Origin: a virus
Taxonomy: Duplodnaviria > Caudoviricetes
IMG/VR virus record: IMGVR_UViG_3300011441_000012
Location: 1 to 56,858 of that record
DNA length: 56,858 nt
Reading direction: 5' to 3' (one strand)
The notes below the pieces were generated by a model that saw only the letters and a program-made list of their open reading frames with translations, made no database searches and was not told the DNA's origin. This document shows, piece after piece, positions 18,579 to 25,801 of the stretch. Made by a program: the position numbers and the translations under genes. The stretch's first letter is position 1. Each line of letters opens with the position of its first letter.

Positions 18579-18867
18579 AGAATTCTCCAGTTTTTCCGAG
18601 CCATAGGTGTGCCTGACATCGCTGACTTCTTGCCGCGATAGTCATTCCGCATATCTGGCAACTACGATTTAAGTTGCGCTTCAGGAACGCCTTGATCCCG
18701 GAGAACATCTTGGCGCGGTCTTCGTCTTGATCGCGTCGGGCAGACACAATCCGATCCCGCAGGACAGGTTCAGCGTCCTGCCAGCGAGTCTGAAACGGCA
18801 GCCCAAGAAACTTCAGGATGCTCCGCTTGGAGAAGCGTGGCTTGGACTTCGTGAGTTGTAGTTTCAT
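18565..18867 (-). CDS. Basic protein with C-terminal Zn-finger-like motif
   Basis: CQICG...CQAH. Confidence 0.5.
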   Translation of the reverse strand: MKLQLTKSKPRFSKRSILKFLGLPFQTRWQDAEPVLRDRIVSARRDQDEDRAKMFSGIKAFLKRNLNRSCQICGMTIAARSQRCQAHLWLGKTGEFYEIN

Positions 18868-18870
18868 AGT

Positions 18871-18996
18871 TCATTCCCCGTTCACTGTGTTTTCCCAGAC
18901 GCAAAGCAGGTATATTTCAATCGCCTCAGTCTGCGTGCCGTCCAAACACACAAAGCACTTCGCCAGGTTCGCTAGTTCTGAGGGTTCGCAGGTCAT
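18871..18996 (-). CDS. 41-aa single-module CxxC protein (MTCEPSELANLAKCFVCLDGTQTEAIEIYLLCVWENTVNGE)
   Basis: Manual translation, below the ORF-track cut-off; clearly paralogous to 20152..20433. Confidence 0.8.
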   Translation of the reverse strand: MTCEPSELANLAKCFVCLDGTQTEAIEIYLLCVWENTVNGE

Positions 18997-19385
18997 TTTC
19001 GGGAGTATTTACCGCCGAGACTCCGCCACTTTTTCAGGAATGTATTCCAAGTGTCGTAGAAAATATCGTTCACTTTTGCCGTTCCCAAGGCAACACCTTC
19101 GACAATCTCGACGGTGTAACCCGGCACAACCGCCGTGTAGTACGTGTTCCAAGCGTAGTCATCGAAGAACACCACCCAGCAAGGGCCGGTGTAATCAACC
19201 CCATTTATCGGTCGTGTGACTCCATTCGGCACCCACAAGTAGGCGTAAGCCGGTCCAACGGTGTAGCTCTGATCTTCGATGAACTCCACGAACGATCGCT
19301 CTCCGATGTTGTCGGAAGCGGTCAAGGTCGCCGCGTTGATCGTGAGGCTCACCGAGAGCAGTAGTAGTGCGAGTAGTGTTTTCAT
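18993..19385 (-). CDS. Secreted protein
   Basis: Sec signal MKTLLALLLLSVSLTINA. Confidence 0.6.
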   Translation of the reverse strand: MKTLLALLLLSVSLTINAATLTASDNIGERSFVEFIEDQSYTVGPAYAYLWVPNGVTRPINGVDYTGPCWVVFFDDYAWNTYYTAVVPGYTVEIVEGVALGTAKVNDIFYDTWNTFLKKWRSLGGKYSRK

Positions 19386-20155
19386 TAGTTCGTTGTGACA
19401 GTTACGCCGCGACCTATCAAGGTGGCTTTATCGGCAATTCCCTGCCCTGATGGGGCGGCATTGGTGCCACCGTTCAATAAAACTGTTCCGCTTACATACG
19501 ATGGTTCTGCAACCAATAGAGCTAGAACAGAATTTACCGTGGCGGCATTTAGGGCATTGTTATTCAACGTGTAATTTTTTCCATTGTCAGGAAACTCAGC
19601 TCCCAAATTTATGGTTGTAAGGCTTGTGTTGTTGGCGATTGTTATGTGGTCGAAAACATCCACCAAAGATGGAAAACTCAGCGAAGTTAGCGATGTGTTT
19701 CCGATAGAAAGAAAAGAATAACAAGTTTGAAGCGATGAGAAGTTCAGGCTCGTAATTAACGGACAGGTTTGTATGTATAATGGGCCGTTTATTTCCGTTG
19801 CACCGCTAATGTTAATCGTGGTTAGTGCTGCACAAGCCTGAAACCTAACTTGGCCATTCTGAAAATCCGCGTTTGGTGCCGAAAATGTAATCAGTTGGTC
19901 TGCGTCATTTACGAAGATAGATTGTGGTCCGATTTCAAAGCTAACCGCAGTTATGTTTTCGAGTGGCAGGTTTCCCCAGTCTTTCTCTGTTGCTAACACC
20001 ACTACATCCATGATGCTATTAGCTCTTGGAGTCCACAGCATCCCAGTATTCTGAACCTCCAGCGTCCAATCCCCAGGCGTCAGGCTGTTCGCCCGCCACA
20101 GGTTTCCGTTGGTGGTGTCCTTGTAAATCTGGCCTATGAAATCAGGGGTTATCAT
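19385..20155 (-). CDS. Virion appendage protein with LRR/receptor-L-like solenoid
   Basis: TPDFIGQIY.DT anchor motif, repeats such as LTSLSFPSL, C-terminal LIGRGVTVTTN; AT-rich. Confidence 0.65.
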   Translation of the reverse strand: MITPDFIGQIYKDTTNGNLWRANSLTPGDWTLEVQNTGMLWTPRANSIMDVVVLATEKDWGNLPLENITAVSFEIGPQSIFVNDADQLITFSAPNADFQNGQVRFQACAALTTINISGATEINGPLYIQTCPLITSLNFSSLQTCYSFLSIGNTSLTSLSFPSLVDVFDHITIANNTSLTTINLGAEFPDNGKNYTLNNNALNAATVNSVLALLVAEPSYVSGTVLLNGGTNAAPSGQGIADKATLIGRGVTVTTN

Positions 20156-20433
20156 GTTGGATCTCCTGCTCCTTCCACGTTTTCACATTCAACCACAGGT
20201 CCACTTCCCCCATTCGCCGCCTGACAGAGGAGGTAGGTGTTGACTAGCTTCTTTTGGTTTTCATCAAGGCAGACGAAGCACGCGGCCTCGGTGGCCAATG
20301 TCGCGGGATCGGTTGACCCTCCCGCAATCACGGCAAGCAGGTAAATCCTGATCGATTCCTTCTGCTCTCGGGTTAGGCAGGTGAAACACGCTGCCGCTTC
20401 GGCTAGGTCTGCTGGTTCGCAAGAAACGGCCAT
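20152..20433 (-). CDS. Two-module CxxC protein, putative decoration
   Basis: CEPADLAEAAACFTCL..IYLL and DPATLATEAACFVCL..TYLLC. Confidence 0.7.
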   Translation of the reverse strand: MAVSCEPADLAEAAACFTCLTREQKESIRIYLLAVIAGGSTDPATLATEAACFVCLDENQKKLVNTYLLCQAANGGSGPVVECENVEGAGDPT

Positions 20434-20467
20434 AAAATCAGTGGGGCGGATTCCGCCGCCCTTCGGG

Positions 20468-20845
20468 TTATGCTACGACAAGGGTTTCAAGGAGGTGGCA
20501 GAGCAGGAACACTTTCATGCGCTGCTTCTCGTCTTTTCCAATGCTGCACTGGTAGCACTTGATCGCATCCCGGATTTCAGCAATCGTCGGAGCGACTTCC
20601 AATGCACCCGTGTTCACCGCAGCATTGATTGCCACCTGGGCTTCAAACGAGTTCAGTCGGGTGCCGCCGACACACCAGCACACCACAGCTTCCCGAAGTG
20701 TGTTCAGGTTGGTGTAGTCGCCGCCGTCAGAGGCGTTCAGGGCTTGGGCGGTGTAGTAAATGAACGCATCGAGCTTTTCCGCATCGCTCAGACAGTTCAG
20801 ACAATTTGCATCGTCAATCAGTTGGTCGAGATCGCAAGCAGCCAT
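20468..20845 (-). CDS. Three-module CxxC protein, putative decoration
   Basis: CLNCL, CWCV and CYQCS units, ending VFLLC. Confidence 0.65.
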   Translation of the reverse strand: MAACDLDQLIDDANCLNCLSDAEKLDAFIYYTAQALNASDGGDYTNLNTLREAVVCWCVGGTRLNSFEAQVAINAAVNTGALEVAPTIAEIRDAIKCYQCSIGKDEKQRMKVFLLCHLLETLVVA

Positions 20846-20847
20846 AA

Positions 20848-21165
20848 TTACATTTCCTCCATCGCGTCAATTTCCATGTCGGCGCTCATTGGTTCAGTTT
20901 TGGTTTTGCCAGTGGTGATTTCCACCTCGGCCTCGTCATCGTAAAGCTTCACGATTTTCAAGGTCACGGTGTCGCCAATCTTGGCGTTCTTTCCGAGGGC
21001 AGACGTTGGAATCAGGGCCGTTGGATTGGCCGCTTCTTCTTCATCTACACTTTCGGGAGTTTCCTCGGTCGTCTCGGTTTCTTCAGCGACTTCCTCAGTG
21101 CCTTCGGGAGAGGAATAAAAGGCGTCCGACATTTCATCGGTTTCAGTTGTAGCTTCGGCTGTCAT
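20848..21165 (-). CDS. Very acidic protein downstream of capsid
   Basis: Glu/Thr-rich N-terminus and a KIGDTVTLKIV beta unit. Confidence 0.6.
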   Translation of the reverse strand: MTAEATTETDEMSDAFYSSPEGTEEVAEETETTEETPESVDEEEAANPTALIPTSALGKNAKIGDTVTLKIVKLYDDEAEVEITTGKTKTEPMSADMEIDAMEEM

Positions 21166-21184
21166 AGTTTTGTGCGGTTAATGC

Positions 21185-21215
21185 GCCGGCAGTGGCAGGA
21201 GTAACCACTGCCGGC
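21185..21215 (-). terminator. Strong hairpin after capsid gene (attenuator or mRNA stabiliser)
   Basis: GCCGGCAGTGG-9nt-CCACTGCCGGC, perfect 11-bp stem; no clear U tract. Confidence 0.55.
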
Positions 21216-21239
21216 AACACACCACTAACCACCGAATCC

Positions 21240-22793
21240 TTAAGCCTCAGTCCACGGCATACCGATGCTGTTGCACGCGGTGCCGGTGAGCGTGATGTTG
21301 GGGTTGGCATTCGCCCAAGTTCCCAACGCGCCGACTTTGGCGGTCAATTCCACAACCAGGTCCGCCAGCGTTGACGTACCGGTGATGGCCGCGTGAACAA
21401 TGGGAATGCCATTGCACTGAATCGAGTTGGCGATGATCTCGTAGGTGCCACCCGCAGAGAGAAGCGGGAGAACCGTGAGAACCACGTCTTCGGTCGGGCA
21501 GGCGTCGTTGGCCGAGGAGTAATCCTGAGCCGGATAGCCGGGGTCTGCCGAACAGGTCGGGAGATCAACCACACACGCGGGTTCGCGCAAGGTGAGGAAC
21601 AGTTCCGCGAACTCAGGGTACTTTGCCTGGGTCGCGTAGGAGAAGTCGGCAATAAACTTTCCCTTGTTCTGGCGCTCGTTGTTGACCGCAATCGGATTTC
21701 CGTTGTCGTCCACGCCGCAGGTCATGTTGTTCGTGACGAACTTCCACTTGCCACCGAAATCCCGCGCTCCGTAGCTCATCATCGGGTTGATGCTCGTGGT
21801 GTCGCGCACCAGCGAGGTCATGGCCTTGCGATGCCAGATGAAGTTGGCCTGATAATGGGCATTGATGAAGTCGTCATTGAGGACTTCCTTGATGCCTTCC
21901 GTCGCCGCCGTGTTGTTGTATGGGAACACGAGACGCAACTGATGCGTGCCATCGGCGTTCTGCGTTTGCAGGTCGAGGAAACGCAGGGGCATACAGTCCG
22001 CACGCATACCGTAGTTGCCGATCTTTCCAGTCCAGCCGTACTTGTAGTAATCGCTGCCGGCAGAATCGAAGTCTTTGAAGCGCCAGAACTCGCTCAACTG
22101 GCTGTTACCCTCGATCATGTCGTTGATGGACTCGGGATCATTCACGAACTCCAGCATGGGCGCGGAGTTCTTGTCAATGTCCTTGCCCAGTGCGCCGAGG
22201 AGCGTCTGAGGCATGACCCGGCGTTGCAGGTGGCGCGGGGACATCTTGGAAGTCGGCTTGGTGCTGACGTTCAGGATCGTGCCCGTGGAATCCCAATAAG
22301 CCGTGATCGCGGTGAGCGTGTTGTTCGCCGTGGCCCACTTCTGACCGGCAATGCGAACTGCTTCGTGGCGCAGGCGGTCGGAGTTGATAATCGTGGTCGA
22401 GCGCCGGAGCACTTCCACGAAGGCCGCATACTGTTGCTTGGCGCGGTCGGCGCTGAGAATCAAGTCCCAGCAGAAAATGGCAGTCTCGAAGGCTTTGCGC
22501 TGGAGGCGGTAGCTGTCCCGCGTGAAACCCATCCCGATGACTTTCGAGGAGGGATCGCAAGGGGTGCCCACGCAACCGGAGGCTTCGACGTTTTCCCACG
22601 CGCCGCTCAGGTCGGGGAAGACGTTTTCAAAACGGTCGAACGTATGTTCGACCCCCGCTTGAGTTGGAAATTGTCCAGTGGAGACGTGCCCGATCCACGT
22701 ATCGTAGGGGTGCAGGCTGCGAAGAATCTCGTCGTCCAGATGTTCTGACCGGCGACTCAGAAAGTCACCGAATTTTGTGCAAGGAATGGCCAT
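21240..22793 (-). CDS. Major capsid protein with C-terminal extension
   Basis: 517 aa; follows portal, scaffold and GroES; strong codon bias; own promoter and 3' hairpin. Confidence 0.8.
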   Translation of the reverse strand: MAIPCTKFGDFLSRRSEHLDDEILRSLHPYDTWIGHVSTGQFPTQAGVEHTFDRFENVFPDLSGAWENVEASGCVGTPCDPSSKVIGMGFTRDSYRLQRKAFETAIFCWDLILSADRAKQQYAAFVEVLRRSTTIINSDRLRHEAVRIAGQKWATANNTLTAITAYWDSTGTILNVSTKPTSKMSPRHLQRRVMPQTLLGALGKDIDKNSAPMLEFVNDPESINDMIEGNSQLSEFWRFKDFDSAGSDYYKYGWTGKIGNYGMRADCMPLRFLDLQTQNADGTHQLRLVFPYNNTAATEGIKEVLNDDFINAHYQANFIWHRKAMTSLVRDTTSINPMMSYGARDFGGKWKFVTNNMTCGVDDNGNPIAVNNERQNKGKFIADFSYATQAKYPEFAELFLTLREPACVVDLPTCSADPGYPAQDYSSANDACPTEDVVLTVLPLLSAGGTYEIIANSIQCNGIPIVHAAITGTSTLADLVVELTAKVGALGTWANANPNITLTGTACNSIGMPWTEA

Positions 22794-22799
22794 AAACTA

Positions 22800-23045
22800 C
22801 AGTGTTTTGATTGTTTTGGGTTAAGCGCAGCCCAACGTGGGGAAAGCGCGACTGTGTTGGGAGCTGTTTCGAGGAGCGAACCCTCATCTTCACGGGGGAC
22901 GTGAAGCCGCATTTGACGCGAGACTCTACAGCGTTTGAGTCGCCGCGTTGGTGGGAGCCACTACCACCTATAGGCTCCGTCTAACTTTGAGTGATTGAAG
23001 TTTCCGGTTTGCGATCTCCGGTTGCGCACTCACTCCGAATTAAAC
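22800..23045 (-). ncRNA. Candidate structured 5' leader of capsid mRNA
   Basis: At least five stems in about 250 non-coding nt. Confidence 0.5.
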
Positions 23046-23053
23046 TTGGATGA

Positions 23054-23082
23054 CTTATCGGTTGAGTTGTCTCGGTTGTCAA
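23054..23082 (-). promoter_or_regulatory. Sigma70-like promoter for capsid
   Basis: TTGACA-17nt-GATAAG. Confidence 0.5.
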
Positions 23083-23363
23083 CTGAGAACTGCAATTACA
23101 TCCGTCGCCTCCACCAATTTCATCCGATCCTTCGCCTCGTGAATCCAGCGTCCACGATGCGCGTTGACCACAACCCTATCGCCTCTTTTGAAATCGTAGG
23201 CTATGAGGTTGCCTTGCTTGTTCGGTTTCCAGAGTCCGAAGGTGACAACTTTCCCAGTCGTCGCCCGCTCCTGCGACTTCTCGGGAATGAGGATACCTCC
23301 GATTTGTTCCTCGGGGCGGTCCATACAGAGGAGGACTTGTCCGGCTAGGGGGCGGATTTTCAT
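23079..23363 (-). CDS. groES: Co-chaperonin GroES (Cpn10)
   Basis: MKIRPL..VL, GGILIPE mobile loop, GKVV..G, K.GDRV, DVIAVL. Confidence 0.9.
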   Translation of the reverse strand: MKIRPLAGQVLLCMDRPEEQIGGILIPEKSQERATTGKVVTFGLWKPNKQGNLIAYDFKRGDRVVVNAHRGRWIHEAKDRMKLVEATDVIAVLS

Positions 23364-24712
23364 CCCTTAAACTGCCTTTCCAGCGCGTCGAGTTCTTGGT
23401 CCGCCGTGAGTTCACCCTTCACCGCGCTACCACCGTCCGCAGCGCGTGCGCCATCAGGTCCGCTCGCCTCGTAATCCTTGAGTGACTTCTCCAATTCAGC
23501 CACGCGGGCCAGTAGCCCCTTGTTTTGATGCGCCAATCGGTCGTGGTTCGCCGCCTTGTTACGCACGATGCTGTGGAGCTTCACAATCTGCTCCTGCGTG
23601 AACGGTTTCTTGGAGTTGATCGCCTCCTGAAACGCCTTGGGCAGCATGGCGATTTTCTCAGGGCTGATGTCCTGCGGGAACATTGCCAAGTCAGCCAGAG
23701 CCGATCCCCGGTCGAACAGGGTGTTGCCTTCGTTGTCGCCTTCCACCTTGTTGAACCAGTTGGGATACTTGGTGGCGAGAGCCTCGTTTGTCTGCCGCCA
23801 CAGTTTGGCGCGGTTCTGCTGGAATTGCTGCTGCTGCTCCTCACGGGTCTTGGCAAACGTCTCCGCGTCCTGCTTCGCTTTCGCCTTGGCAGCCTGCGTC
23901 TGCTCGAATAGGTGGCTGATCTGGTTGATGTGGCGCTTCACTTCCTCCTTATCCTCGGGGAACAGGCGGTTGATTTCCGTGCGCCGCGCTGCCGGCTCAA
24001 GGCTGGCGAAGTATTGCAAGTCAGCTTGTGTAACTTCTCGGGTTACAGATTCTCCGGTCTTCGGGTCTTCCACGGTCATGGACAGACCTTTGAGTTCCCG
24101 GATCGCGTTGCTCCACGCCTGCTCGTAGGGTTTCCAGTACTTTTCCTGGTAATCTGCGTCCAGTTCGTAGTCCTTGAACTTGATCGCCGCTTCGAGTTCC
24201 TGATTGCGCTTCTCAATCGCGGCTACGCGCTCTTGATTCGCCTTGTCGAGTTGCGGGGTGGTCGCTTCGAGTTCCTGAACCTTTTTCTCAAGGGTGGTCA
24301 GCTTTTGGAGCTTGGGTTCGTACTCCTCCTTGACCTTTTTCTTGAGGGAGTCGTAGGCGGTTCGGAGTTCGGCGGCTTTGACGGGGGGCTTTTCATCTGG
24401 CTTCTTGCCATCGTCCTTGGGCGCAGGGGGAACAATGGAGTCGTCCTCCAAGTTCGTAGAGGAGGCGTCGTCCTTCTCCGCAGGCTTCGCAGCGGTAGGG
24501 TTTTGGTCATCCTTCTTCGCCTCCTTTTTCGGTGCGGGTTTTCCAGACTCCATCGTGTCCAGTTCCGCGAAGGCGTCGGCGTAGGCGTCCTGAGAATCAG
24601 GAGTGGATGGTGGCGTTGGCGCTGCCGGTTTCGCATTGGGCGATGGCGCGGGTGCGGCCTTCGGTGCGCTGGTTGTTGGTGCCGGTGGTGGGGCGGTAGG
24701 GGCTGCTGGCAT
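23360..24712 (-). CDS. Capsid scaffolding protein
   Basis: Pro/Ala/Lys/Glu-rich coiled coil between portal and capsid. Confidence 0.7.
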   Translation of the reverse strand: MPAAPTAPPPAPTTSAPKAAPAPSPNAKPAAPTPPSTPDSQDAYADAFAELDTMESGKPAPKKEAKKDDQNPTAAKPAEKDDASSTNLEDDSIVPPAPKDDGKKPDEKPPVKAAELRTAYDSLKKKVKEEYEPKLQKLTTLEKKVQELEATTPQLDKANQERVAAIEKRNQELEAAIKFKDYELDADYQEKYWKPYEQAWSNAIRELKGLSMTVEDPKTGESVTREVTQADLQYFASLEPAARRTEINRLFPEDKEEVKRHINQISHLFEQTQAAKAKAKQDAETFAKTREEQQQQFQQNRAKLWRQTNEALATKYPNWFNKVEGDNEGNTLFDRGSALADLAMFPQDISPEKIAMLPKAFQEAINSKKPFTQEQIVKLHSIVRNKAANHDRLAHQNKGLLARVAELEKSLKDYEASGPDGARAADGGSAVKGELTADQELDALERQFKG

Positions 24713-24718
24713 AGGTTG

Positions 24719-24925
24719 TTAGGATTTATTGGATTCTGCGTCGGGAGTGGGTATCCATTTATCAAAGGTATGATTTTCGCCTTCCTTTAGCCGTTTGGTC
24801 CTTCTTGAATCCCATACAATTCTTGGATAAAACTGCCCATCTTCAATCTGGATGTAAAAATTCCAGAATATCCTGCGATAATGGATCCTGGTGCATCCCC
24901 AGCCTATTTGTTCTTCGTTTTTCAT
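24719..24925 (-). CDS. Hypothetical protein
   Basis: Operon-packed 68-aa ORF. Confidence 0.45.
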   Translation of the reverse strand: MKNEEQIGWGCTRIHYRRIFWNFYIQIEDGQFYPRIVWDSRRTKRLKEGENHTFDKWIPTPDAESNKS

Positions 24926-25212
24926 GGTTTCTTTGGTGTGTTTGCTGCGTAGTTGAGAGTGGGGAACGGAACCGCCTTGGATGGCTCATCCTTGACGTGA
25001 AGCTCCGACAGAATTTCCAGCACCCGCCTAGCCCCTACGATTTGCAGGTACGCATCCCACGCTTTCGATGGGTCGGCAGAGTGCGCCGGCAGGGATTCAA
25101 TCAGTCCGAGCAATGCCGCCGAGCAGGCCGGCTCGAAAGCGCGGTTTGTCAGGATTTGGCTGAAGTCCGCAAACGCGGGTGAGGATTGGAATAGTTCTTT
25201 GCTGGTTCTCAT
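24922..25212 (-). CDS. Small head-module protein
   Basis: Helical (GARRVLEIL) protein of the type found between portal and scaffold. Confidence 0.55.
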   Translation of the reverse strand: MRTSKELFQSSPAFADFSQILTNRAFEPACSAALLGLIESLPAHSADPSKAWDAYLQIVGARRVLEILSELHVKDEPSKAVPFPTLNYAANTPKKP

Positions 25213-25801
25213 TCGGTTGGTGTGTTGGTCGGTCTGAAAACCTTGTATCGGTCAGGCTGGATGTCGAAGCATCCCAGAAACGGCACGCTGTTCGGATCAT
25301 CGAAATCCCGCATCATAATCTTGTTCCTGCGGTGGTTACTCACCGGGATTTTCTGTCCGTGAGATTCAATCTCGTATGAGTGCTGATGGTTTCCATGAAT
25401 GAGCCACCGCTTCTCGGGAGACGAGTTGTAAGTCAACACCATCCCGTCGCGTAAGTCGGCGCTGCTTTTGATTGGGATTTCTTCGAGGGTCATTTCTTTA
25501 GCTCCTCAATATAGCCCCTGATCTTAACGCATTCAGATTCATTGTAGCTCAATAGCGCCTCAAGCTTTGATATCGCGTCTCTATCCTGGCTCTGATAAAT
25601 TTCGTAGGCTCGGTTGCACTGATCGTCCAATTCCTGAATCCTGTGCGATGCCTCCTGAAGACTCGCTTCGTGTAGCATCAGAATTTCTAGCTGATCTCGC
25701 ACCGACTTGTGGCTTATCTCTGGAACACCGTCTTTTCTCCAATCTATTTTTATTTGTGAAATGGCCCAATCCATTGTTAGGGAGCCTGTCAGTATTTTCA
25801 T
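25209..25801 (-). other. Two hypothetical CDS (25209-25493, 25490-25801)
   Basis: ATGA-coupled ORFs. Confidence 0.55.

Noticed and set aside
21393-22748. 451-aa plus-strand ORF opposite the capsid gene
   Set aside because: Antisense shadow of a strongly codon-biased gene; no motifs or expression signals.
23912-24790. 292-aa Leu/Phe-rich plus-strand ORF
   Set aside because: Mirror of the Lys/Glu-rich scaffold codons, not a membrane protein.
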